From an uncultured Chitinophagaceae bacterium (GTDB lineage Bacteria; Bacteroidota; Bacteroidia; Chitinophagales; Chitinophagaceae), in assembly GCA_964624205.1 (NCBI GenBank), contig CAZUWX010000008.1, positions 10,086 through 74,085 of the forward strand: a stretch of 64,000 nt of DNA, read 5' to 3'. The position numbers and the translations under genes were made by a program. This document shows positions 27,745 through 38,981 of this stretch, piece after piece. Position 1 is the first letter of the stretch. Each line of letters begins with the position of its first letter. A model generated the notes under the pieces. It worked only from the letters and a program-made list of their open reading frames with translations. It searched no databases and had not been told where the DNA came from.

Positions 27745-28040
27745 ATCATCTTAGTTTTATTCAACACTATACAGCCAAAACCTTGCTGGCTCTGCCCGCG
27801 TAGTGAAGATAACGGGTGAAAAAAAATTAAACGGCTGCTTCTCAGCATCTTAATTGCAATTTCCGACAGTTTAACGAATTTAGATCCCCGGAAACAATTA
27901 TTATTGCTTCGCCGAATGAGTATTTATATACCCATGACCTGGCATGGAACGTTATTTTAATCATTCCATACAATTTTAATCATACTATAACGAGCATGAT
28001 AAGCTATCCCCACAGCGTGGAAAGCCATCCGGCAAAAAGC

Positions 28041-29027
28041 ATGCAGCCCCCCCCACGGCGGCGGGAACTGCTGGTATCGGTACTGCTGTTGCTGCTGACG
28101 GGCATCATGATGCAGGGGGTCAGGGGCCAGTCGTCCGCCCCAGCACAAGTGCTGAAACAGAAGGAAGACTCCCTTAAGCTGTTTTCCGACCAGATGATCC
28201 AATCCTACGACGCGGCGGAACGTTTTCGGGCCGATAGTCTGTTTGTGCGGGTGCTGGTGCGGGCGCTGAAGACCCAAAACTCATTTTCCTATCCCTTTGA
28301 TTCCATTCAAACGGTTTCCCGCCTCTATGCCCCTGACAGCAGTTTCCGCATCTTCACCTGGCAGCTAAAAAAAGACGAATACGTGTATTTGCAGAAAGGG
28401 GCCATACAGATGAATACCCGCGACGGATCCCTGAAATTATATCCCCTGTTCGACTATTCGATGTTTACCCCGGCACCGCTGGATTCGGTGAGAACGAGTG
28501 AGAACTGGATCGGCGCCATCTACTATAATATAGTGATGAAAGAATACAGGGGGAAAAAATACTATACCCTGCTGGGATTCGATGATTTCAGCATAAGCAG
28601 TAACAAAAAATGGATGGAAGTTCTCACATTCGACAGCCGGGGCGAACCCGTGTTCGGCGGACCGTATTTCTCTTATCCCGATTCGGTAAACAAAACTGCC
28701 GGCGCAAGGTTTTGCTTGGAATACAAAAAAGAAACGGGCACGCTGCTAAACTATGATCCCGACCTGGATCTCATCGTGTTTGACCACCTGATATCGGAAA
28801 CCGACGAGCCCGAGAAAAAAAACACCTACATCCCCGACGGCAGCTACGAAGCGTTCCGGTGGCAGAACGGCCGCTGGGTGTACCAGGAGCGAGTTTTTGA
28901 TTTTTCACTGGAAGACGGCCAGTTCCCCGTAGAAGAACAATTGCTCGACGAAAAGGGCAATGAGAACGAAAAAAAGCTGGAGGAAGCTTCGCAGCGGAAT
29001 TTAGAAAGAGCCCGTAAAAAGAACTAA
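28041..29027 (+). CDS. secreted hypothetical protein
   Basis: Track ORF 27996..29027. The likely start is the ATG at 28041 (MQPPPRRRELLVSVLLLLLTGIMMQGVRGQ). I do not recognise a family. The codon composition looks coding. Confidence 0.6.
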   Translation: MQPPPRRRELLVSVLLLLLTGIMMQGVRGQSSAPAQVLKQKEDSLKLFSDQMIQSYDAAERFRADSLFVRVLVRALKTQNSFSYPFDSIQTVSRLYAPDSSFRIFTWQLKKDEYVYLQKGAIQMNTRDGSLKLYPLFDYSMFTPAPLDSVRTSENWIGAIYYNIVMKEYRGKKYYTLLGFDDFSISSNKKWMEVLTFDSRGEPVFGGPYFSYPDSVNKTAGARFCLEYKKETGTLLNYDPDLDLIVFDHLISETDEPEKKNTYIPDGSYEAFRWQNGRWVYQERVFDFSLEDGQFPVEEQLLDEKGNENEKKLEEASQRNLERARKKN

Positions 29028-29192
29028 GCTTAAGATCGGAGCAGGTCGATTAAGGTTAAGCCATCCGTTAAAGTGCTGTTTCGCAGGTGTGATGCCACTA
29101 ACATCTGGCCAGATCGACCGGAGGCCGTCCACCAGGCGCGTGGAATTGCAAAAGAACCGGATTTAACACCGAATCCACCGAAGCGCAGTTCG

Positions 29193-30986
29193 TTAATCGT
29201 CCAGTTTCAGCACCGCCAGGAAAGCTTCCTGGGGAACTTCCACGTTTCCGATCTGGCGCATCCGTTTTTTACCTTCCTTCTGCTTTTCGAGCAGTTTACG
29301 TTTACGACTGATGTCACCACCATAACATTTTGCCGTTACGTCTTTGCGCATTGCGGAGATGGTTTCGCGTGCCAGTATCTTGGCGCCGATGGCCGCCTGT
29401 ATAGCTATCTGAAATTGCTGGCGGGGAACCAGTTCCTTGAGTTTTTCACAAAGTTTGCGCCCGAACTCCTGCCCCTTCGAGCGATGGATCAGCGCACTTA
29501 ATGCGTCTACTTTGTCGCCGTTCAGCAGGATATCCATTTTCACGATATCGCTTTCGCGATAGCCGATCGGCGCATAATCAAACGATGCATATCCGCGGGT
29601 CTGCGATTTCAGCTTGTCGTAGAAGTCGAATACGATCTCCGTAAGCGGTATTTCAAAAACGAGCTCCACGCGGGTGGTAGTAAGATAGCTCTGATTCACC
29701 AGCATCCCTCTTTTGCCGAGGCAAAGGGTCATGATATTGCCGATATAATCGGGTTTGGTGATGATCTGGGCCCGGATAAAAGGCTCTTCGATCCGCTCCG
29801 TTTTCACCGGGTCGGGGAATTCGGTAGGATTATTCACAATCACCTTTTCCCCCCTGGTGGTATAAGCTATAAAGCTCACGTTAGGAACGGTGGTAATCAC
29901 CGTTTGATCGAATTCACGCTCCAGCCGCTCCTGGATGATCTCCATGTGCAACATTCCAAGGAAACCGCACCGGAATCCGAATCCCAGGGCTTTGGAGGTC
30001 TCCAGCTCAAAGGTGAGAGAAGCATCGTTCAACTGCAGTTTGTCCATACAATCACGCAGTTCCTCGAAATCTTCCGTGTTGACGGGGAAAATGCCCGCAA
30101 ACACCATGGGCTTAACCTCCTGGAATCCTGTCACAATCTCGCGGGTGGGGTTAGCGGCCAGTGTGATGGTATCCCCTACCTTGACCTCTTTAGCATTCTT
30201 GATCCCCGTGATTATATATCCGACATCGCCACAGGTCACTTCTTTTCGCTCGGACATCTTTAGTTTAAGTATTCCTACCTCGTCCGCCCCGTACTGCTGT
30301 CCCGTAGAAACGAACTTTACGATGTCACCTTTTTTTATGGAGCCGTTGCGTATCCGGAAATACACGATGATGCCCCGGAAACTGTTGAATACGCTATCGA
30401 ATATCAATGCTTGCAGAGGAGCTTCCGGATTTCCCTTCGGAGAGGGGATTCGGGTGACGATCGCAGTCAGTATCCTGTCTATTCCCAGGCCGGTTTTACC
30501 GCTGGCATGCAGGATTTCCTCCCGTTTACAGCCGATCAGCTCGATGATCTGGTCTTCCACTTCGTCGATCATGGCTCCGTCCATATCGACCTTGTTGATC
30601 ACGGGTATGATTTCCAGGTCGTTTTCGATGGCCAGGTAAAGATTGGAAATGGTCTGCGCCTGGATACCCTGGGTCGCATCCACCAGCAGCAGGGCGCCTT
30701 CACAGGCTGCCAGGGCACGGCTCACCTCGTAGCTGAAGTCGACATGCCCCGGTGTGTCGATCAGGTTCAGAATATACTCCTGACCGTCGGTATGGCGGTA
30801 ATTGATCTGGATGGCATGGCTCTTGATCGTGATACCCTTTTCGCGCTCGAGATCCATGTTGTCCAGCACCTGGTCCATCATTTCGCGTTCGTTCACGGTG
30901 TCAGTCGACTGCAATAGCCTGTCTGCCAGGGTAGATTTACCGTGGTCGATATGCGCAATAATGCAAAAATTCCGGATGTTCTTCAT
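29193..30986 (-). CDS. lepA: elongation factor 4
   Basis: [37 protein letters not shown], and the LepA-specific C-terminus ...[25 protein letters not shown]. Confidence 0.97.
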   Translation of the reverse strand: MKNIRNFCIIAHIDHGKSTLADRLLQSTDTVNEREMMDQVLDNMDLEREKGITIKSHAIQINYRHTDGQEYILNLIDTPGHVDFSYEVSRALAACEGALLLVDATQGIQAQTISNLYLAIENDLEIIPVINKVDMDGAMIDEVEDQIIELIGCKREEILHASGKTGLGIDRILTAIVTRIPSPKGNPEAPLQALIFDSVFNSFRGIIVYFRIRNGSIKKGDIVKFVSTGQQYGADEVGILKLKMSERKEVTCGDVGYIITGIKNAKEVKVGDTITLAANPTREIVTGFQEVKPMVFAGIFPVNTEDFEELRDCMDKLQLNDASLTFELETSKALGFGFRCGFLGMLHMEIIQERLEREFDQTVITTVPNVSFIAYTTRGEKVIVNNPTEFPDPVKTERIEEPFIRAQIITKPDYIGNIMTLCLGKRGMLVNQSYLTTTRVELVFEIPLTEIVFDFYDKLKSQTRGYASFDYAPIGYRESDIVKMDILLNGDKVDALSALIHRSKGQEFGRKLCEKLKELVPRQQFQIAIQAAIGAKILARETISAMRKDVTAKCYGGDISRKRKLLEKQKEGKKRMRQIGNVEVPQEAFLAVLKLDD

Positions 30987-31019
30987 GCCTGGCCTCCGCT
31001 TGTTTTTAAGCCGGCAAAA

Positions 31020-31943
31020 CTAATGCTTTTCCTTTAACCATTGCGCTTTCCCGTAGCCCGGAATAACATGTTTCTCGCTGTGGTACGAAGAGCGCACCAG
31101 GGGGCCGCTTTCCACGTAGTCCAGTCCCAACTGATAACCGATCTCGCGGTATTCCCGGAACTCATCGGGATGCACAAAACGTACAACCGGGAGGTGTTTT
31201 CGGGTGGGTTGCAGGTACTGGCCGATGGTAACCACGTCGGTACCGTTATCCCGCAGATCGGTCATAGCCTGTACCACTTCCTCCCTGGTTTCGCCAAGAC
31301 CGAGCATGATACCGCTTTTGGTGCGCATCCCGCCTTCCTTGAGCACCTTCAGCACTTCGAGGCTACGCCGGTATTTAGCCTGGATACGCACCTGCCGGGT
31401 CAGCCGTTCCACGGTTTCAATATTGTGCGAAACCACCTCGGGGGCTGCCTCAATGATCCGGTTGATATTCTCCTTCTGCCCCTTAAAATCGGGGATCAGG
31501 GTCTCCAGCGTGGTGCCCGGCGTTAATGACTTAACTGCTTTGATCGTGTTGTACCAGATGATACTACCACCGTCTTTCAGTTCGTCCCGGTCCACAGAGG
31601 TGATCACGGCATGTTTTACCTTCATCAGGTAAATGGCTTCCGCCACCCGCTGTGGCTCATCCCATTCTACGGCGCCCGGCCGGCCGGTGGCCACCGCGCA
31701 AAACCCGCAGCTACGGGTGCACACATTCCCCAATATCATAAAGGTAGCTGTACCCGCCCCCCAGCATTCGCCCATATTTGGACAATTCCCGCTCTCACAG
31801 ATGGTGTGCAACTTGTGGGTGTCTACAAGGGAACGTACATGTTTATAGTTTTCTCCTATGGGAAGTTTCACCCTCAGCCAGTCGGGCTTCTTGATCCTGC
31901 TCCCTTCCTGTGGGATGTTGCTGATAACCGGCAGTTCCTGCAT
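31020..31943 (-). CDS. lipA: lipoyl synthase
   Basis: [13 protein letters not shown] and the radical-SAM motif [10 protein letters not shown], plus [24 protein letters not shown]. Confidence 0.96.
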   Translation of the reverse strand: MQELPVISNIPQEGSRIKKPDWLRVKLPIGENYKHVRSLVDTHKLHTICESGNCPNMGECWGAGTATFMILGNVCTRSCGFCAVATGRPGAVEWDEPQRVAEAIYLMKVKHAVITSVDRDELKDGGSIIWYNTIKAVKSLTPGTTLETLIPDFKGQKENINRIIEAAPEVVSHNIETVERLTRQVRIQAKYRRSLEVLKVLKEGGMRTKSGIMLGLGETREEVVQAMTDLRDNGTDVVTIGQYLQPTRKHLPVVRFVHPDEFREYREIGYQLGLDYVESGPLVRSSYHSEKHVIPGYGKAQWLKEKH

Positions 31944-31963
31944 AATAAAAGGTTGAGATAAGT

Positions 31964-32767
31964 TTATTTTCTTCTTCCCAGTAAAATGGCTACGTAGGCA
32001 TTGAAGAAGAACTGTTTATCTTTATTATACAGCATCTGGGATATGCTATTGGGATAATATTCAGCACTCAGTCCAACTTCGACAGCCGTAACCGTTTCAT
32101 TCAGCCGTCCGTAATCAAATCGCATGGCAGCCTTTCCGTAGACCCCGGGATGGATTTTAAGCTCGCTCCATCCTCCGGCAATTCCTTTGGCTTTTACTTC
32201 CAGGTAGTTGCTGTCGATGATGGTGGGATAACGGGAGGGTATGATGTCTCCATTCATAGCTTCTGCGTCAATGATATAGGGCTTTACCATACCCAGGGCG
32301 AGCCCTCCTCCGTATACAGCCGACACGGAAACCCCGTTCTTATTCCCTTTGCCCCCGATCACCTGCTGCATGGCCGCGCCTAACCGCGCCTGATAAAAAG
32401 TATTTGTTTTGCCGAAAGCAAGATAATTTACGCGCAAGTGACTGGGGTCAAAAAAACCTTCCCTTTTTTCTTTGGGATGTTTTTTCTCGGATATCTCCAG
32501 CCCGAAAAGAATGGACTTGCGGTTCGACTTGAACTTGCCGAGCTCATATCCCAGCCCATAGCCGTCAGTAGCCAGCTTCAGGCCGAATACACTTTGTTTG
32601 TTGTAAATGATCTCTCCCTCCTCTTCCTGTCGTGCCAGTTCGTCTATCTTTTCCCGCCGCTCGTTTTTCTTTTCTTTTTTCGCTTCCCTTTTCGACACAG
32701 GGTTTGACTGCGCCCACAGCGAGAGGGCGACTGTTGCTGCAACTAAGGTTAGAACGATTCTCTTCAC
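31964..32767 (-). CDS. hypothetical outer-membrane/secreted protein
   Basis: Track ORF 31964..32824. A GTG at 32767 gives a clean signal peptide ([20 protein letters not shown]) and removes the overlap with the divergent OsmC-like gene. It has a K/E-rich segment followed by a beta-rich body ending in an aromatic-rich tail. Confidence 0.55.
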   Translation of the reverse strand: MKRIVLTLVAATVALSLWAQSNPVSKREAKKEKKNERREKIDELARQEEEGEIIYNKQSVFGLKLATDGYGLGYELGKFKSNRKSILFGLEISEKKHPKEKREGFFDPSHLRVNYLAFGKTNTFYQARLGAAMQQVIGGKGNKNGVSVSAVYGGGLALGMVKPYIIDAEAMNGDIIPSRYPTIIDSNYLEVKAKGIAGGWSELKIHPGVYGKAAMRFDYGRLNETVTAVEVGLSAEYYPNSISQMLYNKDKQFFFNAYVAILLGRRK

Positions 32768-32808
32768 CGGGAATGATTTAATAATCAGCGTAAATTTAGG
32801 CCAAAAAT

Positions 32809-33228
32809 ATGGTAATGACATCAACAGTACAATATGAAGGCAGTCTGCGGACGGTATGCAAACACCTCCGGTCCGGAACGGCCATTGAAACCGATGCCCC
32901 GATTGATAATAACGGAAAGGGAGAACGGTTTTCCCCGTCCGATCTCGTAGCCACGGCCCTTGGAAGCTGCATGCTGACCATTATGGGTATGCGGGCCGAG
33001 GAGATGAAGGTCGACCTGCAAAACGTCCGGATCGAAATAGAGAAGATCATGCAATCCGGGCCAAGGCGGGTCGGAGCGATAAATTTAACGTTTCATTTCC
33101 CCGATACAGCCCGTCTAACCACCCGGCAGCAGACCATTCTGCAAAAAGCGGCAGACACCTGCCCCGTACGGTATAGCATCCATCCCGATATAGTCGTAAG
33201 CACGCGGTATAACTGGGGTTCAGTATAG
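32809..33228 (+). CDS. OsmC-family protein
   Basis: 139 aa. GKGERFSPSDLVATALGSCMLTIMG and ADTCPVRYSI give the two conserved Cys contexts of OsmC/Ohr-like proteins. Confidence 0.8.
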   Translation: MVMTSTVQYEGSLRTVCKHLRSGTAIETDAPIDNNGKGERFSPSDLVATALGSCMLTIMGMRAEEMKVDLQNVRIEIEKIMQSGPRRVGAINLTFHFPDTARLTTRQQTILQKAADTCPVRYSIHPDIVVSTRYNWGSV

Positions 33229-33267
33229 CTTCAATTTGTTTTATTCAACCCGGGGTGTTCTCTCCGC

Positions 33268-34554
33268 TCACGGTTCGCCGGCATCGGAATATTGCCCGAT
33301 GCCAAGAATGGAGTTACCAATCCCGCACTCGAGGCAGCGGCGGAAGCGGCAATACCGGTTCTTCAACTCAAGCAGCGCCTGCGAACCCGCCGCCGTCCGG
33401 GCCTGGATGCCCGACTTAGCAAAACCCCGGGTCACCGAATTGGATTCGGCGGGAAGATCTTTTAGCCATTGCAGTGCTTTGTCAACACAGGAGCGGTTAC
33501 GGTGGTATTGCCCGTAGGCGAATAACAATGGCACAGCGGCGTTGACGATGAGCGTGCCCGCCGTCCGCCTACCCAGGGTTTTAGGCTGATAAACGCCGGC
33601 TGCTCCGAACCTGAAGCGATAGTCCCAATACGCTCCAGCCGTCACTTCCATCATAGCTTGTACCCTGTCGAGCGCTGTTTCGTGCAGCACCGCAGAGAAC
33701 AAACCGGGCACCTGCTGCAGCAGAATGGCAAGCTGGGCCACGCGCACCGTCGGAAAGGCAGCCGGACGCATTCTCAGGAAGTGCATGGGTTGCGAAATGA
33801 CCCTCAGCCCATATTTCCGCCGATAGAATACAAACTCCTTTTGCAACGCCTGCATATAAGCATCTCTGCCTTCCCCTTTCAGCAAGCCGGCGGCTCCCAT
33901 TAACATGGCTTCCAGTTGGAGGGGTTGCTGCCGATGCCGCAACAGTATTCGCAGCGGGATCTCCCCGGCCAGTTCCTCAAAAGCATCCGCGTTTACAAAC
34001 AAACCCATGCTCCGAAAGAGCTGCTGCCAGAAAACCCCCTCCCAGTGATAATTGCTGGCGATCAGTAGGGCGGTGATCTGCTGCGAACGCCGGCGCATCC
34101 GCATGATCAGCAATTGCTCCTGCCAGTTCGTTATCGCTGCCGCAGCAGCCGTATGTACCGAATTTTCGCAGGGGATAAACGCATGGCTCCGCATCCAGGA
34201 CATATACCGGTGCATCAGCAGTTGAGACACCCTGTTCTTCAATATGAGGGTGGGCAGGTATTGTGCCGGCACCCGTTGGTCGTCATTCCATACCACATGC
34301 AGGATAACATTTTGATAGTTGCTATCGCCCTGGTGCGCGTGCCGCTGCCAGCCGGAAGCATCCACGTGCAATTCCACACTCCCGATCCAGTAGTGCCGGT
34401 TGATATGCAGCCGGGCTTCCAGAAAGTCGGGGCCCTGGTGGTGATTGGGTTGGCCTGGATCCAGGATCAGCAGCTCTTCCCCCGCCGTAGTACGCAGCTC
34501 CTCCCTGTTAAAATACTGAAACTGCCAGATGTACTGAAGGAGGCGTTCGGTCAT
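33268..34554 (-). CDS. DUF2851-family protein
   Basis: The N-terminus MTERLLQYIWQFQYFNREELRTTAGEELLILDPGQPNHHQGPDFLEARLHINRHYWIGSVELHVDASGWQRHAH is the characteristic DUF2851 opening as I recall it. The C-terminal Cys cluster is CRFRRCLECGIG. Confidence 0.8.
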   Translation of the reverse strand: MTERLLQYIWQFQYFNREELRTTAGEELLILDPGQPNHHQGPDFLEARLHINRHYWIGSVELHVDASGWQRHAHQGDSNYQNVILHVVWNDDQRVPAQYLPTLILKNRVSQLLMHRYMSWMRSHAFIPCENSVHTAAAAAITNWQEQLLIMRMRRRSQQITALLIASNYHWEGVFWQQLFRSMGLFVNADAFEELAGEIPLRILLRHRQQPLQLEAMLMGAAGLLKGEGRDAYMQALQKEFVFYRRKYGLRVISQPMHFLRMRPAAFPTVRVAQLAILLQQVPGLFSAVLHETALDRVQAMMEVTAGAYWDYRFRFGAAGVYQPKTLGRRTAGTLIVNAAVPLLFAYGQYHRNRSCVDKALQWLKDLPAESNSVTRGFAKSGIQARTAAGSQALLELKNRYCRFRRCLECGIGNSILGIGQYSDAGEP

Positions 34555-34694
34555 GCCGCTCGTTTACCTGGTAAGAAACCGTTCGTTTACCCTGTAAAAA
34601 TAAACGTGAGCATCAAGAAGGCCATGGTAAATACCCCGTTGATGAGTTGCATTTTCACCGGGCAGGCCTGGTGTGTTGCTGCGGCCGGCCGCTA

Positions 34695-35270
34695 CTACCG
34701 GAATTCTTCCAACGCCTGCACCACCCGGCTGACAGGCAGCCCCATCACATTATAAAAATCGCCCCGGATGGCTTTTATGCCCACCACACCGATCCATTCC
34801 TGGATGGCGTAGGCTCCTGCCTTGTCGTAGGGAGCATAACGCTCCACATAAAAACGGATCTGTTCTTCGGTAAGGGGATGGAATTCTACTTCGGTTATAT
34901 CGCTGAAAGCAGTTTCCTGCCCTCCATTTAATATAACGACACCGGTGATAACGCGATGCACGCGCCCCGAGAGGCTCCCGAGAATGCCCACCGCTTCGTC
35001 CGCATCGGCAGGCTTGCCGATCACCTGCCCATCCAGCACCACAATGGTATCGGCTGCTACCAGGATATTGCCTTCAGGGTCCGGAAGGGTGGCGGCCACT
35101 GCCAATGCTTTATTCCGGGCAATGTACACCGGCACTTCCTCCAGCGGCAGACCGGAAGGATACTGTTCATCGACATGGCTGATCATTACTTCGAACTCCA
35201 GTTCGGCCTGTTGCAGCAACGTCTTTCGGCGGGGAGAAGCCGAGGTAAGAATAATTTTTTTCTGATGCAT
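34695..35270 (-). CDS. maf: Maf-family nucleoside triphosphate pyrophosphatase
   Basis: IILTSASPRRKTLLQQAELEFEV, ADTIVVLDGQVIGKP, DKAGAYAIQ. Confidence 0.9.
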   Translation of the reverse strand: MHQKKIILTSASPRRKTLLQQAELEFEVMISHVDEQYPSGLPLEEVPVYIARNKALAVAATLPDPEGNILVAADTIVVLDGQVIGKPADADEAVGILGSLSGRVHRVITGVVILNGGQETAFSDITEVEFHPLTEEQIRFYVERYAPYDKAGAYAIQEWIGVVGIKAIRGDFYNVMGLPVSRVVQALEEFR

Positions 35271-35298
35271 GGGTGTAACAAAATATCGATACGTGAGC

Positions 35299-36231
35299 TT
35301 AAAAGAATATCATGGACAGGATTCCGGTGAACATCACAAATTTCACCAGCTTGCTCAACCGGCGGTAATCGGCAATCGTATGCGCTTTCCGCAACTGGTT
35401 CAGGGTGTACAGGAGAGGAAGGATGATCAGCACAAAACAGTAAGCGGCGGCGGCCCACCACTGAAACTGGAGTATGTAGGCAAAGACGATCAGCAACGCG
35501 GCAGTAAGCACGGCCAGCCAGGTGCCCGCAAATACCTTCGACGCATGCACTCCCCACACAATGGGCATGGTTTTGCACCCGTGCCGGGCATCGCCGCGCA
35601 TGTCTTCCATATCCTTTAGCACTTCCCGCACCAGGCAGATAATAAAAGCAAAGCCGGCATACAGGAAAGTGAACCGAAGCAGCCTGGAGGCCTGCGACTG
35701 CCCATACAGCGGGATATCGGTCACAATGCGGTAGTGCGTGGCAAACCCGATCACCATCACCACCCAGCCGGTGAGCAGCGAGATCAGCACGTTTCCCGAC
35801 AGCAGTCTTTTTTTGAACGTGGTGGAATAAAACCATAACGCCGCCACACAAGCGATGTTTGCCGGCCCCAGCCAGGGAATGCCGGTTTTCCATCCCACGT
35901 AAAAACCCAACAGTATACCGCAGAAAGAAAGCAGCCAGTGCCAAAGGATCGCCCATCTCCTTTTGATAAGCCTTTCCACCACTATTTTACCTGGTCTATT
36001 GATCCGGTCGATATTCAGGTCAAAATAGTCGTTGATGATATAGCCGGCAGCGGCGATCACCACCGAGGAGAGGCAAAGCAGGCTGAAATAAAGTGGAGAC
36101 AGGGTCGGAGAGACCGCATGTTCCTCAAACATCGGGATCACTATATAATACTGAAACAACGCCTGTGTTAAAGCGATGAACGACAGGTTCACCCATCTTA
36201 CCAGTCTTAAAAATGCAGCTAAAAGTTTCAT
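35299..36231 (-). CDS. UbiA-superfamily prenyltransferase (DGGGP-synthase-like subgroup)
   Basis: 310 aa with about 8-9 TM helices. First Asp-rich motif GYIINDYFDLNIDRINRP, second KDMEDMRGDARHG. Confidence 0.85.
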   Translation of the reverse strand: MKLLAAFLRLVRWVNLSFIALTQALFQYYIVIPMFEEHAVSPTLSPLYFSLLCLSSVVIAAAGYIINDYFDLNIDRINRPGKIVVERLIKRRWAILWHWLLSFCGILLGFYVGWKTGIPWLGPANIACVAALWFYSTTFKKRLLSGNVLISLLTGWVVMVIGFATHYRIVTDIPLYGQSQASRLLRFTFLYAGFAFIICLVREVLKDMEDMRGDARHGCKTMPIVWGVHASKVFAGTWLAVLTAALLIVFAYILQFQWWAAAAYCFVLIILPLLYTLNQLRKAHTIADYRRLSKLVKFVMFTGILSMIFF

Positions 36232-36269
36232 TCGGTTAACCCGTGGTATTTAACAGACCTGTTGATGTT

Positions 36270-36791
36270 TTATTGGCTGGCAATACCCCGGTCGACCTCC
36301 CAATGGTCGTTCAGTTTCAGGGTCAGTTCGATCACTTCCCTTACACAACCTTTCCCGCCTTCGCGGCCCGCAATATATATCGCAACTTTTTTAACCTCCG
36401 GCGCCGCGTCCGCGGGAGCACAGGGCACGCCGCTTTCAGCCATCGCCGAAATATCCGGCACGTCGTCTCCCATATACAACACCTGATGTGGGGAAAGATT
36501 CCGCTTTTCCATGTATTCCAGCAGGAAAGAGCGTTTGTCGAGCACGCCCATATGTATATCGGTAATGCCCAGCTTGTTCAGCCGGTTCTTAACGGCCGGA
36601 GAACTGCCACCGGAAATCACGAGGATATGATATCCTTTCTTTACAGCCAGTTGTAGCGCGTATCCGTCTTTTATATTCATCCGGCGCACCTGCTGCCCAT
36701 CGTCAAATACGTAAACCGTTCCGTCGGTCAGCACACCATCCACATCGAGCACAAATGTGGAGACGCCTTTAAAGCTATCGGGTAAACTCAT
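36270..36791 (-). CDS. kdsC: 3-deoxy-D-manno-octulosonate 8-phosphate phosphatase (HAD-IIIA)
   Basis: FVLDVDGVLTDGTVYV, NIKDGYALQLAVKKGYHILVISGG, YMGDDVPDI, GGKGCVREVIE. Confidence 0.85.
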   Translation of the reverse strand: MSLPDSFKGVSTFVLDVDGVLTDGTVYVFDDGQQVRRMNIKDGYALQLAVKKGYHILVISGGSSPAVKNRLNKLGITDIHMGVLDKRSFLLEYMEKRNLSPHQVLYMGDDVPDISAMAESGVPCAPADAAPEVKKVAIYIAGREGGKGCVREVIELTLKLNDHWEVDRGIASQ

Positions 36792-36824
36792 AGCCGCAAA
36801 AATAGGATAAATGGTGGCGGCAAC

Positions 36825-38981
36825 CTACTTGCGGGCGTTGTAAACCAGATTATCCTGCACAATCATATCATTGATCACCTTCACCGATTCGTCCAGGTAT
36901 ATATCCGACCGGAGATTCTTAATCCATTGTTTAAACCGCTCGCTTTTGCTCTCGTCCGCCTCCAGCTTTTTCAGATCCTCCGCCAGTGCTACCACGTCGA
37001 CGTCTCCGGGCGCCTTATTGAGACTATCGATCTGCTTTACTTTTTCCCGGATCAGCTTTTGTTGTTCCTGATATTTTTTGAGGTGGAGCGTATATGTTTT
37101 ATCGTTTTGTTCCGAGAGCCACTGGGCATTGGTACGGATGATATTGAACGAAGGATTGTCGCTAATTCTGGAAGTGCTGGCTGCCTTGATCGGGTTGAGG
37201 TCGAGCTTGTACCGCCACCGGGAGTAATCCGCTTTTTGTATCTCGTCCCAGGGAAGCGCATCGGGATTGTTTTTTTCCCGTACGGGAGAATATTCCAGCA
37301 CGTCCGGAAGCGTGATATCCGATTGCACACCGCGTAATTGGGTAGATCCGCCGTTGATACGGTAGAATTTCTGCAGCGTCAGTTTGATGGTTCCCAGCTC
37401 GCTGTTGGGCTGCAGCAGACCCAGGGTCTTGTCCAGGCCAATGTTGCGCTGTACCGTTCCTTTTCCGTAGGTAGTAGTGCTGCCGATGATGATACCCCGG
37501 TCATAATCCTGGATCGCCGCAGCAAAGATCTCCGATGCGGACGCGCTGAATTCGTTCACCATCACGGCAAGCGGTCCGTCGTACAGCACGGTTTTGTCGC
37601 GGTCGCGGTAGATCTGCGGTTTGCCTTCACGATCCTTCACCTGCACGATGGGTCCTTCCTCAATGAAGAGCCCAACCATTTGCACAACATCATATAATGA
37701 CCCTCCCCCGTTGTTACGGAGGTCCATGATAATGCCATCCACTTTCTGCTCTTTCAGCCGGATGATCTCCTTACGCACGTCGTCGGAACAACGCGCGCCC
37801 TTGGGATCGTCGAAATCGGCATAGAATTCCGGCAGATAGATAAAGCCTATCTTTCCTTTCGGCCCATTGATGATCGCACTGCGGGCAAAGACCTCGTCCT
37901 GCACGATCTCGTCCCGGATCAGGGATACGGTCTTCAGGCTTCCGTCTGCCTTCTTAAGCTCCAGTCTTACCTCGGTGCCCTTTTCGCCACGAATGATCTT
38001 TACAGCGTCTTCCACCAGGAAACCCGTGATGTCCAGCGGTTCCTCAGTTCCCTGCGCAACTTTCACGATCACGTCTCCCACGGTGATCTCTCCCGATTTC
38101 CAGGCAGGGCTGCCGGTGATCAGGGTCACGATCTTTATACTACCCTCTTCTTCCCGCAAAGCGGCCCCGATCCCAAAGAACCGGCCGCTCATCTGTTCAT
38201 CAAAGTATCTTTTCTCCACCGGTGGGAAAAATGTGGTGTGCGGGTCCATGGTTTCGGTAACCGTATTCACATATGTATTGAAGGAATCATCATCGTCAAA
38301 TTTTCTCTTCAGCCGGTCAAAAGACCGGTTCATGATCTTCAGCACTCTTTCCCGGGCTTCTTTTTCATAATCCGCATCGGTTCGGGGCGCCCCGGTAGCA
38401 GCGGTCTTAGCCTTGTCCCGCTCACCCATCAGATCGGAGTACCGCTCCAGCACGAGGTACTTCATCCGTTTCCGCCAGGCTTCTTTTTTCTCCTCCACGG
38501 TGGTGGGGAAATTCCGCTGCTCGGGATCAAAACTCACCGTTTCGTCAACAGAAAAGTCGAATGGCTGCTGGAGCTGCTCCTGGTACATCTGCTCCGCCTC
38601 CAATATCCTTTTTTTATAGATGGCCGACACGGCGGGCACAAACTGCACAGGCCCGCCCCGTATCTCGTCGTCGAGCTGGGTCTCGAAACGCTTCAGCTCT
38701 TCGATATCAGCCTGCAGGAAAACGTTCTTCTGCGGATCTATTTTCTCCCCCAGGTATTTCTTAAATATCTCCCTGGAGAAATCGTCGTCAATCTTCTTCG
38801 GACTGTAATGCACCTCGGACAATATCTCCCCAATATTATGAAGGATCCGCTCATATCGGGTTGCGGGCGGACCGTCCACCAGCCCCAATGACCTGAATGC
38901 CACCACTAATCCCGTAACAACAAATAGAATGACTAAGGGTAAAGATTTTTTACTAAACATATATTGTAACACTTTGGTCAT
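36825..38981 (-). CDS. carboxy-terminal processing (tail-specific) protease, S41 family
   Basis: 718 aa. PDZ region GSPAWKSGEITVGDVIVKV and S41 core DLRNNGGGSLYDVVQMVGLF...NEFSASASEIFAAAIQDYDRGIIIGS.TYGKGTVQ. An alternative start is the ATG at 38960. Confidence 0.92.
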   Translation of the reverse strand: MTKVLQYMFSKKSLPLVILFVVTGLVVAFRSLGLVDGPPATRYERILHNIGEILSEVHYSPKKIDDDFSREIFKKYLGEKIDPQKNVFLQADIEELKRFETQLDDEIRGGPVQFVPAVSAIYKKRILEAEQMYQEQLQQPFDFSVDETVSFDPEQRNFPTTVEEKKEAWRKRMKYLVLERYSDLMGERDKAKTAATGAPRTDADYEKEARERVLKIMNRSFDRLKRKFDDDDSFNTYVNTVTETMDPHTTFFPPVEKRYFDEQMSGRFFGIGAALREEEGSIKIVTLITGSPAWKSGEITVGDVIVKVAQGTEEPLDITGFLVEDAVKIIRGEKGTEVRLELKKADGSLKTVSLIRDEIVQDEVFARSAIINGPKGKIGFIYLPEFYADFDDPKGARCSDDVRKEIIRLKEQKVDGIIMDLRNNGGGSLYDVVQMVGLFIEEGPIVQVKDREGKPQIYRDRDKTVLYDGPLAVMVNEFSASASEIFAAAIQDYDRGIIIGSTTTYGKGTVQRNIGLDKTLGLLQPNSELGTIKLTLQKFYRINGGSTQLRGVQSDITLPDVLEYSPVREKNNPDALPWDEIQKADYSRWRYKLDLNPIKAASTSRISDNPSFNIIRTNAQWLSEQNDKTYTLHLKKYQEQQKLIREKVKQIDSLNKAPGDVDVVALAEDLKKLEADESKSERFKQWIKNLRSDIYLDESVKVINDMIVQDNLVYNARK

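Noticed and set aside
35186-35956. 256-aa same-strand ORF in an alternative frame overlapping the UbiA prenyltransferase gene, the spacer and the end of maf.
   Set aside because: The translation is Arg/Cys/His/Ala-rich with no motif. It crosses an intergenic gap and two well-supported genes, so it is most simply a chance open frame.
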